Source: Octopus vulgaris
Taxonomy: Eukaryota
Assembly (NCBI GenBank): GCA_951406725.2
Contig: OX597818.1
Span: 88,474,001-88,538,000 of the forward strand
Direction of reading: 5' to 3'
Length of the DNA stretch: 64,000 nt
This document shows positions 13,468 to 25,712 of this stretch, in pieces. The notes beneath the pieces are model-generated. The model was not told the origin of the DNA, ran no database searches, and worked only from the letters and a program-made list of their open reading frames with translations. The stretch's first letter is position 1. The number at the start of each line of letters is the position of its first letter. A program made the translations under genes and the position numbers.

Positions 13468-13684
13468 TTTGAAGCACACACAGCCACTGTGTAGTATTGC
13501 GATATAACAGTGGCAACAAGGATAGCGTAAAAGTGGCGACGTTCAATTATATGGAGTCGCATGAAACGATCGTACTGCATTACCTCTGGATATCCTTGTT
13601 ACTTATTTTGATTATATATATATGCATGTATATATATATACAAGTATATATATATGTAAATATATATACATGTAAAGATATATG

Positions 13685-13728
<44 letters not shown>

Positions 13729-13738
13729 CATATATATG

Positions 13739-13818
<80 letters not shown>

Positions 13819-13827
13819 CATACATAT

Positions 13828-13888
<61 letters not shown>

Positions 13889-14719
13889 TGTATATGTATA
13901 TATACATGAGATATGCATTGTTGAAGTTTTGTAGTACACTTATTCCAAGAGCACATACTTAAATTTTATGTATCTTCCATGAAAAGTGAATGTATTTGCA
14001 CTTTCAAAGGGTCTCTGTCCCGTGCTATTAGTAGTGTTAAATAATTTGTAAGATGGTGAAATTTTCGAAATCGTCCATATTTAGTACTTAGTAGTAATGT
14101 TGTTATTTTCATTAAAATCGGAGGTATTTGCAATTTCACAAGGGGTGTTTGCCCTACTTTAAGCCCCCTAAATTGCAATGGAAAGTAAATTTTATGTAGC
14201 TCATCGTCTTTCCCGAAAAATTTTATATGAGAACACATACTTTGTTTTTATGTATCTTCTATTCCCGTTCGCCCTATAGATGTACAGACACACAGACACA
14301 CAGATTTTGAGTTTGATATATCTATAATAGTAGGGAATATAACGAAAATCCTTCAACATAAGTTTATATTTTTATTTTAAGAAATATTATTAAAAATGCT
14401 TTTCGATTATTTATAGTTAATACACGTAGTTTTCTATATATTTATTTGATAATTAGTATAAGTTAAGATAAGTACATTTATTCTATTATTATTTTTTTTT
14501 ATTATTTATTATTTATTACCTTAGACCTGATGAGTGACTACATTTTTAAATAGAATTAATTTTAGTTCGATTTAATTTTGAATCGAATTGATTTTATTAT
14601 CATTTCTCTATTTGAAAATATAGCCATCAAACGCGCGTTTACTATTTATTGTACTTTATTGATTTAAAACAAGGTTTTTTTTATAGTATACGTTTTCTAT
14701 ATGGTGTGAATAACATGTT

Positions 14720-14965
<246 letters not shown>

Positions 14966-15589
14966 CGTGAGAATTCACAAAAAAAATACAAAAGAGGAAA
15001 ACAGGTGGTGCAGACAACAAGCTGATGTATTAGTATAACGCTCGGGAAGTGAAAAAGTCTTTAAAGTTTCGAGCCTACGCTCTTCCACAGAAAGGAACAC
15101 AGAAAGAAAGAAGGAGAGAAAATAAAGAATGTGTAGTGACTAGCGATCTATCATGACGAATGCCGGACAGATATATATATATATATATGTATATATATCA
15201 CATAAATGCACGTACAAATACATTTATATATGTACATATGTACATACATACAATCATACGTATGTGCATTTATATATATTGCGGAATACATCGTAAATCA
15301 AATAAATTAATTTAAATATTAGAAAGTCTAGCTGTTTGGAGAAATTATAACAATGTAAATACATTCCTTCTATGTATTCAATATGCCGCAAACAAAAATG
15401 AGATTCACCTGACACCATTTTGCATTTCGCTGACCACACCTCAGAAAAGACAACCGATTTACTTCGATAGCATAGAATATTCCGCTTCTATAGAAAGCAG
15501 TCATAAATTAAGCTATTATCTGAGTCGGTATCTTTGTATTGTTTTCGCTTAAAAGTATAAGCGAATTTCTCGAGTGTTCTTGCAGTCTT

Positions 15590-16240
15590 TAGTAGTAGTA
15601 GTAGTAGTATAGTGTTGATGGTGGTGGTGTTGGTGATGGTAGTAGTAGTAGTAGTGGTGGTAGTGGTTTTTGGGTGGTAGTGTTAGTAGTGGTAGTGGTG
15701 GTAGTGGTGGTAGTGGTAGTGGTGGTAGTGGGGGGTGTTTGTGGTGCTGTATGGGTGGTAGTAGTAGTAGTTGTGGTGGTGGTGGTTTTTGGCTGGTAGT
15801 GTTAGTAGTGGTAGTGGTGGTAGTGGTGGTAGTGGGAGGGGTGCTGTATGGGTGGTAGTAGTAGTAGTAGTCGTGGTGGTGGTTGGGTTGTTTGTAGTAG
15901 CAGTAGTTGTGGTGGGGGTGAACGTGGTGATAGTAGTAATAGTAGCAGTAATAGTTGTGGTGGTGCTAGTGCTGGTAGTAGTAGTAGCGTGACGTGTTTT
16001 GCCGCCTAATCCTGTCGCGGAACGCACGGTGCGCTGATATCGTTCTATCGTGTTTTCGTTTTCACAACCATCATTACTGTCCTTCACCACCACCACCACC
16101 ACCACCACCACCACCACCACCACCACCACCACCACCACCATCACCACCACCACTATTGCCACCATGCAGCCGAGAGACACCACCGGTTGCACCACCGTTA
16201 CCATGACCACTACCACCGTCGCCATGAGAACCACCAAAAC
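15590..16240. repeat. Compound trinucleotide tract: (GTA/GTG)n then (CCA)n
   Basis: Direct reading. The strand polarity flips around 15990-16080. Confidence 0.9.
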
Positions 16241-16559
16241 TATCAGAATTAATCTCTATTGTTCCAGGTTTGTTACTTAATCCTGCAGAATATAAAACTG
16301 CCCTCAAGTCAACCAAAATTGCTAAAATTGATGTAAACACACCATAAAAACCTGCCTTCTGGATTAGGTATAGTAAAATAGTGCTGTTTCTGGTGATGAC
16401 GACGACGACAACGATGATGATGATGATGATGATGATGATGATCATCATCATCATCATCATGATTCAGCTGGTGAGGAGCATACATACATACATAAATTCA
16501 TACACACATATCTACATGCATGCATGTGCAGAAAAATGTGAGCATATATATGTATATAA

Positions 16560-16599
<40 letters not shown>

Positions 16600-16705
16600 G
16601 TATATATTTATATATATATATATAGATTAATCTATGTATATATGTATAAATATATATATATGCAGATATATATGTATATATATATACATACATATAACTA
16701 TATAT

Positions 16706-16755
<50 letters not shown>

Positions 16756-16819
16756 GTATATACATTCAGTAGCATATAAATGGATACATGACTGTGTGTG
16801 TGAGAAAGGAAGAGAGATT

Positions 16820-16867
<48 letters not shown>

Positions 16868-18411
16868 CACAATTATAGACAGAATGAAGGTGGCGAGTTG
16901 GAAAGGCGGCGAGGTAGTAGAATCGTTGGCATATCGAGCAAAAGTTTCGTGGCATTTGCTTCACCCTTTACGTTCTGAGTTCGAAGACCGCTGAAGTCTT
17001 CTTTGTCTTTCACCATTTCGGGGTCGATGAAATGAGTACCAATTGAGCACCGGGGCTGAGGCAATCAACATATCTGCTCCACTCCCAAATTTCTGGCCTG
17101 GTGTCAAAATTTTAAACTAGTTATAGGCACAACTAACTGATCAATTTCTGTTTAACCAGAAATCACTAACAAGGATTTCAGGGTTGCGAAGCGGATTTGA
17201 TGATGATTTCATCATGCTGCGCATACATGCATGCATGCATAAATGATGACTGGCCACTCGCTACTGAAGAAAACCATTACTGAGCATTACACGTAGAAAA
17301 TGTCAGCATTGCCCCTGCATAAGGTTATCGCATCTGCAATCAGCTTCACCCAGCACGCCCGCGGCTTCCATGCTTTCAGGCATCATGCTTTCAGGCGATT
17401 ATGCAACCTAAAATCTTAGGTCTAACATAACTTGCAAAATACCTCACAGACCCTCTCTGCCCTACTGACATGATCTAGAGACAAGCAAGAGAAATAATAT
17501 ATCTTGTGCTTATATAGTTCGCAGGATCAAGAATCTGGAAGCACCATGATCTCAAGCGCAAGCAAAAGACCCCAAAATGTTCAATGCCATTCCCTGAATA
17601 ATTTATTTCATATCAGAGCGGCCTTCTCCTTGGGTTGAGAATCTATCAGTAGTCATCTAACACGCTAGACATCATGCTAGAATTTTTGAGGGTTCGTGCT
17701 ATTGCTACACAAGGTTCATCTGCTCTTTTGATAGGACTTGTGTATACTCCTACTGAGTTTCTAATAACCCTCTTCACCAGGTAAGTCTAGTGAAAGTGCT
17801 GACTTAATTGCTGACGACCCGATCATATTACAAGCAGTACTGTATTCCATGAGAGACCTCAGAAGTGACCTGGCATAACATACATACATACATACATATT
17901 TCACATACTCACACACACACAGAGATATATGCTACAAAACTTTCCCAAACAAGAAACACTTAAATGTTATCCTAGCTTAATTAGACTACCAATGAAGACA
18001 GCGGCTGTATATCAATATACATAATAATACAAACAACAAAACACCATAAACAACGAACCCTTTAATAAGTTCAACCTTACAACAATGAAAGACAACTCAG
18101 AACCAGACCTATAAGATATATAATGTTCACAGACAAGCGTATCAAGCATATATTCTCATCATCTGCTGCCTAACTGGTATCATAATTGTTTTGACACTTG
18201 AACAGTACCATTCAATCTGACGCTGTCAACAGGGTTAAAATCATAAACTCCGCCTGAGAATTAAACGACAAGTAACAGGAGCGAAACATTAACGTAATAT
18301 ATTCATTATGTCTACATCTGCTTTATTATCAGGTAGCAAAAATCGATTAGAGGCGAAATCGTGTCAAACCTACTGTCACAAAACATGGAGATTAAAAAAA
18401 TAGTATACCTT

Positions 18412-18494
<83 letters not shown>

Positions 18495-18814
18495 GATTTT
18501 TTATGTGAAGTGGTGTGTTGAAACAGATATTGTTATATTTCGGAATGATAATAATAAGTGGATGTAAACGCATGAACAAAATAAGAATAAACAAAAATAA
18601 CAACAACAAAAACAAATTACATGAACGTATATAAACAGAAGATACAAATATATATAAATATATATATATATGAACACATACAATATATATATATAAAAGA
18701 AGAAAACAAAGGACCACTGATATATATATATATATATATATATAAATATGAAGCAAATAACACAAATATATATAATGCGTGTGTTTTTATAAACTGGCAA
18801 AATGATAGAAATAT

Positions 18815-18909
<95 letters not shown>

Positions 18910-18920
18910 TATAGATAGAT

Positions 18921-18994
<74 letters not shown>

Positions 18995-19652
18995 TACGTA
19001 TGCGTCGGCCAAAATGCTTAGCAGCATTCCTTCTGATTTTACATTCTGAGTTCAAATTCTGCCACGGTCGACTTTGCCTTTGACACACGCCAGCTTAATT
19101 TAATTCGTCCTTAGTCGAAAGACACCTGTTGTTATGACCTGTTATTTGTATTTGTATAACATTCTCCGTTTTTTCCTGTCCTTGTTTTCGCATACATTCG
19201 CTGCTTTCTTGTAAGGACTCTAATGCTCTTAGCTTAGTTTTTCCTTGTGGTTGACCAGATTGGAGCAATCTTTAGTATAACCAGCCGAAATTGCAAAGAT
19301 AATCTGGAACTCGCCTGAGGAAAGAAAACTCCGAAAGACCCGTCCTTATTTTCTTTGTATTGTCTATCTGGATGTTATGTTGTCCCTTTTTTGTATCACC
19401 TAACTGTCTGGATGTTTTGCGTTCTTGTCCCATTTTGTACTTTTGGTATCATGGCCAATGAGGTAAATCTGAGGCATGGTTATTGCTAGTTGAAAACTAC
19501 TTTTTATATGTAATATATACATATATATATATATATAGCCTGCTCGCTTAGCCAGCGGGGTGGCATCATTTGAAGGCTAAAACAATGCGAAGTGCATTGT
19601 GACCAGCGATGTGTAGCAACATCTGATAGCCTGGTCGGTCACGGTGATCACG

Positions 19653-19709
<57 letters not shown>

Positions 19710-20070
19710 CGGGTTCAGTCCTACGGCGTGGCACTTTGGGCAAGTGTCTTCTATTAAACCCTTGAGCCGACCAAAGCCTTGTGAGTGGATTTGGTAGGTG
19801 GAAGCTGAAAGAAGCTCGTCGTGTATATATATATGTGTGTATATATTTGTATGTCTGTGTCTGTGTTTGTCCCCCACCGACATCGCTTGAAACTGATATT
19901 AGTGTGTTTACATCCTCGTAAATTAGTTTTCGGCAAAAGAGTATGATAAGAATAACTACGAGTCTTACAAAGAATAAGTCCAGTGGTCGATTTGTTCGAC
20001 TTGCGGCGATGCTCCAGCATGGTCTCAGTCAAAATGACTGAAACAAGTAAAAGAGTTAAAAAAGCAAAAG

Positions 20071-20141
<71 letters not shown>

Positions 20142-20149
20142 ATACATAT

Positions 20150-20218
<69 letters not shown>

Positions 20219-20237
20219 CAGAGATGCAGCACGGACT

Positions 20238-20288
20238 TTTGTCAGTGAACAGGTCGCGGTCTTATAGCGACGAAAATATTTTGACAAA
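20238..20288 (+). ncRNA. Minimal type I hammerhead with G3:C8 core variant
   Basis: tttgtca-GTGAACA-g-gtcgc-ggtcttata-gcgac-GAAA-ata-TTT|tgacaaa. Stem I 7 bp, stem II 5 bp, palindromic AATATT stem III. Confidence 0.65.
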
Positions 20289-20424
20289 TTAAACTTAAAT
20301 GTTGAAGTGAATCGAACGGCTTTTGCGTGTTTCTTAAATGGCTTACAAACACCTTCCATGCTGCAATTGTTTTCGTTCCAGCACACGATCTCAGATCAAA
20401 TAACTTGCTCTGCAAGTACATCTC

Positions 20425-20579
<155 letters not shown>

Positions 20580-21079
20580 TATATGTTATATAAAATCCGT
20601 TCTGTATGTGAGAATGCGATCGATAAAGTGAATAAAATCGTTTGTCTTTGGAATAGAAAAAAAGTCTTTCTTTCTTCTTTTGCTGGTGTCTCAAATTTAG
20701 GTTAAATTAGTTTTCCTCAGAGGGGAGGCCTATGGGGTGGTCGGACAAGTTGTTTTAAGCAAATTTGGTTTAAACGTTTGACAACTCAGCACCGTCCATT
20801 GGACGGGGGGCGTTTTGCTCGTATATATATATATATATATATATATAAGCACACACACAAATCCAGTTGCGCACCCACATAAGCACACATGTACACCACG
20901 CGCGTGTATATGCAAGTACACACACTGAAAATAGACATGATGAAATGACCACATCAAAATATGATTGTGGTGCCATAAACACACACACACACACACACAT
21001 ATACACATAACATCACACGCACAGAGACACACACACACACAGGTGGTGAGCATGCCGATGAGGATAACGGGGGGGGGGG

Positions 21080-21985
21080 GAGGAAAGCGTGAGAGAGGAC
21101 GCAGAGAGTGACAAGCTGTGTCTATGCATGAGGGAGAGAATGAGACAGGGAAAAGAAGGCAGAAATTTGTATCTGTATGTATGAAAAAGAAAGGGGGAAG
21201 AGAAGAAGAGACAGTGAGGCAGCGTGAGAGAGAAAGTGAGAGAGAGAAGGGGAGTGAGAGAGAGAGAGAAAGAAAAGCAGCGTGACAGAGAGAGAGAGAG
21301 AGAGAAAGAGAAAAAGAGGCAGCGTGAGATAGAAGGAGAGACAGAGAAAGAGAAGTAGCATCAGTCATTACACTGAGAGAGGAGAGGCAATATGAGAAAG
21401 AGAAAGATGGGCAGAGCGAGAGAGAGGAAGAGAGAGAGAGAGAGAGAGACAGTGAGAGAGAGAAAGAGGAAGAGACGTGAAAGTCAGAGAGAGGCAGCGT
21501 GAGAAAGATAACCAGATTCAATCATTACACTGAGAGAGGAGAGACAAATGAGGAAGAGAAAGAGAGGCAGAGTGAGATTGAGGAAGAGAGAGAGAGAGAG
21601 AGATTAAGGAAGAGAGAGAGATTAAGGAAGAGAGAGAGATTAAGGAAGAGAGAGAGAGAGAGATTAAGGAAGAGAGAGAGAGAGAGAGAGATTAAGGAAG
21701 AGAGAGAGAGAAAAAGTGAGAAAGCCAGAGGCAGTGTGAGAAAAAGAGTGAGAGAGACATTGAAAGAGAGAAAAAGGAAGAGACGTAGTGTGAAGGAAAG
21801 AGAGAGGTAGCGTGAGAGAGTGAGAGAGAAAGAGAAGCAGCGTGAGAAAGAGAAACAGAGAGACACACACAAAAAGAGAGAGGAAGAATGATAGGCAGCA
21901 TGAGAGAGAAAGAAAGAAGTACAAAGGGTAAGCTACGAGACAGTATGAGAAAGAGAAAGAGAGAGAAAGAGAGAAGCAAGAAGTA
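21080..21985. repeat. Polypurine (GA-rich) low-complexity tract including tandem GAGAGATTAAGGAAGA units
   Basis: Direct reading. Confidence 0.9.
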
Positions 21986-22193
21986 AGCATATGAAAGTGA
22001 GAGGCGAATGTGAGTGTATGTGTGTGTGTGTTTGTGTGCATGTGCGTGTGCGCGCGTATCTGTGTTAACAGGTGTTATTAAAATATCTGATATTTCTTAA
22101 AGATTCCGATGTGGCTTACGGTCGGCTCATGTTTCGCTTCATTCTGCCATCTCTCTCTTTCTCCCTCTCCCGCTCATTCTCACACACACGTTG

Positions 22194-22249
<56 letters not shown>

Positions 22250-22250
<1 letters not shown>

Positions 22251-22649
22251 TGTCTGTCTAGCGAATGTTTCAAAAAAAGATGGGTGAATGTAGCAAGGAT
22301 GGCAAGCCACCTTGAGCATAATCCTATGAACCCGGAAAAATTTAAAACAGAGAGTTACTTACTTGCAAATAAATGTATTAACATGTGACATTATTGACCG
22401 AGGTTACCATGGTCTTTTCCGTAGGCTTTTCTTTCCACGGATAAACCTTATCTGTTTCTCCCTTTACACTTTACATCATGACATTTCTGTGATACACGAT
22501 CCCTATTGATCGTTTTTTTTATTTCTTTTTTACGATCCCATTTGATCGAAAACCTACCCTACTTCTTTTTTTTTTCTCCCCAAAAAGAAAAGCTCTACTT
22601 TGTAATTTGTCCCCTCTGTGTTCAACCCTGTGTGGCTAATAAAGAAACA
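22250..22649 (+). mobile_element. 5'-truncated LINE 3' end (L1/Tx1-like) embedded in (ATCT)n
   Basis: Starts in-frame with ECFKKRWVNVARMA (F..W, similar to an L1/Tx1 ORF2 end). The T-rich 3' UTR ends in AATAAAGAAA, and ATCT repeats flank both sides. Confidence 0.45.
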
Positions 22650-22697
22650 TATCTATCTATTTGTCTGTCTGTCCGTGTGCCACTGTCTATCTGTTTG

Positions 22698-22774
<77 letters not shown>

Positions 22775-22983
22775 TGTCTGTCTGCCTGTCTGTCTATCTG
22801 TCTATCTGTCTATCTATCCATCTATCTATCTATCTGTCTATCTATCTATATTTGTGAGTGAACTACCGAAAGAAAGAAGTACTCAATACCGTACTTTTAA
22901 TGACAGTTTGACTCAGCTAGCCCATATAACTTAAAGTTCCGTTAGCGCATAGTACTCGTTCAATTTGTGGGATGCTACAGAGG

Positions 22984-23043
<60 letters not shown>

Positions 23044-23217
23044 GTGCAAGAAAAAGAGAGAATGGCGATTAGCCCAACGCATACACATACATGTATACCT
23101 ATATATATATATATATAATTGTATATGCCCACACACATACAAACATATATATATATCAAGAGTTAAAAACATAATAAATACATAATCAAACGGAAAGCAA
23201 ACAGAGAAGGTTGCTAA

Positions 23218-23279
23218 ATCCTCATCAGTTATCGGTCAAAGGATCAACGCAATTTCGTGCCTTCTACGATATTATTAGC
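23218..23279 (-). ncRNA. Degraded copy of the non-circularly permuted hammerhead
   Basis: gctaAUA|atatcg-tagaag-gcac-GAAA-ttgc...cgataa-CTGATGA-g. The first pair of stem I is mismatched and stem II is weak. Confidence 0.45.
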
Positions 23280-23441
23280 CTCCTCTGATTGCGCCGGCTG
23301 TGAGAAACCGCTGGGAGAATATCGAGCCAATATATATGTATATATATAATAGATAATATCAGGGTAATAAAAGATTATAGAGCTTTTTACTAGCAGTGGC
23401 CTAACGTACAAAAAAATTAGTCAATAGACTATATATTTTTC

Positions 23442-23889
23442 ATATAAAATACAGTGTACATTAAAACACATTATGAGGCTTCCATCATAGGAATCCGTTA
23501 CGCTAGAAAGAACAGTTAAAGTTCAAACCACTAATTAGAGATAAATTTGATTTCTGGTAGATTTGTTCGAAGATTTTACCGGCAGCCTCTTTGCGGCCGA
23601 TTTGAAAAACTTAAAATGTACATGCTGGATTGATCTCGTTGTTTGTATATTTAATCTAAGGCTTACTCGCTGATGAAGACTTAGCCTCAGTAAATAATAA
23701 TTTTTATTTACTGAAATAAATCAGAAACCATGGTCCGGAATTGAATTAGATGGTAAATATTTTTATTTCTCATTCCCTTCGAGAATTTATCCCTAATTAG
23801 TGGTTTGGACTTTAACTGTTCTTTGTAGCGTATTGGATTCCTATGATGGAAGCCTCTTAATGTGTTTTAATGTACATTGTATTTTATAT
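23442..23889. repeat. 106-bp inverted repeat (23442-23547 / 23784-23889) enclosing a hammerhead; resembles an inverted Penelope-like pLTR
   Basis: atataaaatacagtgtacattaaaacac...gataaatt versus aatttatc...gtgttttaatgtacattgtattttatat. Confidence 0.85.
23654..23751 (+). ncRNA. Type I hammerhead ribozyme with long stem II
   Basis: CTGATGA at 23670-23676. Stem II includes tcagtaaataa/ttatttactga. GAAA at 23724-23727, palindromic ACCATGGT stem III, GUC site at 23733-23735. Stem I is tcg/cgg plus atctaa/ttagat. Confidence 0.6.
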
Positions 23890-23906
23890 ATATATATATA
23901 TATATA

Positions 23907-24068
23907 GGCGCAGGAGTCGCTGTGTGGTAAGTAGCTTGCTAACCAACCACATGGTTCTGGGTTCAGTCCCACTGCGTGGCATCTTGGGCAAGTGTCCTCT
24001 GCTATAGTCCCGGACCGACCAATACCTTGTGAGTGGATTTGGTAGACGGAAACTGAAAGAAGCATGTC

Positions 24069-24138
<70 letters not shown>

Positions 24139-24365
24139 ATATGTTTGTGTGTCTGTGTTTGTTCCCCTAGCATTGCTTGACAACCGATGCTGGTGTGTTT
24201 ACTTCCCCGTCACTTAGCGGTTCGGCAAAAAGAGACCGATAGAATAAGTACTGGGCTTACAAAAAGAATAAGTCCCGGGGTCGAGTTGCTCGACTAAAAG
24301 GCGGTGCTCCAGCATGGCCGCAGTCAAATGACTGAAACAAGTAAAAGAGTAAAAGAGTAAAAAGA

Positions 24366-24367
<2 letters not shown>
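23907..24367 (+). mobile_element. Full-length SINE family A (tRNA head, CORE-like domain, internal microsatellite, (GTAAAAGA)n tail)
   Basis: ggcgcaggagtcgctgtgtggtaag...gggttcagtcccactgcgtggcatcttgggcaagtgtc...gactgaaacaagtaaaagagtaaaaga. Confidence 0.9.
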
Positions 24368-24420
<53 letters not shown>

Positions 24421-24600
24421 CCCAACGTTCGAAACGCGGAGTAGATGAAACAGGGGACAACTGATGACGGGATTGTTCTTTATGTTGCCTGTCTCGTTCT
24501 CTATTTGTTTCTTTCGTTGTTCAAAAATTCGTTTTCCATCATTTTATTTTTTTATGTTCACGTTTTTTGACGTCCTGTATCCATATATGCATGTATATGT
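24421..24600 (+). mobile_element. 5'-truncated copy of the permuted-hammerhead repeat (cleavage strand missing)
   Basis: Closely similar to 25298-25510; retains ttc-GAAA-cgcgg...ggggacaa-CTGATGA-cggg. Confidence 0.75.
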
Positions 24601-24686
24601 ATACACACACATATATATATATACACACACACATATATATATATATGTATATATATATATATGTATGTATATATGCGTATATATAT

Positions 24687-24772
<86 letters not shown>

Positions 24773-24781
24773 GCGTATATA

Positions 24782-24814
<33 letters not shown>

Positions 24815-25030
24815 TAATTATATTATTATTTGATCGAACAACACGCATCCATTTCCAAGTGAGTTTTATCTTAATAATTCTGATGCGCACTCTACAAATA
24901 TCTCTTTTCTCCCCTTTATTCTTCTTTCTATCTGTCTTTCTTCTCCTCCTTCTCCCTTCACCGTTCTCTCTCCCTCTCCTTCCCTCACTCTTCCTCTTTG
25001 ACTCTCTCGTTGCTTACACGTGACCAGCAG

Positions 25031-25064
<34 letters not shown>

Positions 25065-25286
25065 CTTTCTTCCTCTTGATTTACAAGAGACAAGACGCAC
25101 TTTTGCCTGTCTCCTATCAAGCTCGTTTCTCCGGTGTTCACCACTTCACCTCGTGATGGCTTAGCAGCCCTTACCGTTTATTTTTACTGTTTTGTTCTTA
25201 CTGTCTTGTTTTTGTTACCACTTTAACCCTCCGCAAATCCCAAATTTTATTTAATTTGCTTTGCGTGAACGACTGGTTTAACGTGG

Positions 25287-25348
25287 TCGCGTCTTGTTCC
25301 ACCGTTCGAAACGCGAAATAGATAAAACAAGGGGCAACTGATGACGGG
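25287..25348 (+). ncRNA. Candidate non-circularly permuted hammerhead ribozyme
   Basis: tcgcGUC|ttgttcc-accg-ttc-GAAA-cgcga-aatagataaaacaa-ggggcaa-CTGATGA-c-ggg. Stem III 6 bp, stem I 7 bp (2 GU), stem II 3 bp (2 GU). Confidence 0.65.
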
Positions 25349-25561
25349 ATTGTTCTTTATGTTGCCTGTCACGTTCTCTATTTGTTTCTTTCGTTGTTCA
25401 AAAGCAAAAGTTTGTTTTCCATGTTTTTTTTTTTTTTCTGTTTTCGTTTTTCATCCTGTACCCGTTTTTTTTTACGTCCTGTACCCATATATGCATGTAT
25501 ATAAACATATATATGTAGGTATGTACATATATGTATGTATATATGCATATATATATATATA

Positions 25562-25622
<61 letters not shown>

Positions 25623-25712
25623 AACAAGCATTACATAAAAAAAAAACATCAACCATACCCAACTCATTCGACTACGTCCATCACATTCAACTACTAACAC
25701 ATCAAACACATC

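Noticed and set aside
17200-17870. Possible host exon
   Set aside because: No sustained ORF; a PKMFNAIP-like word suggests a very old LINE remnant, too decayed to call.
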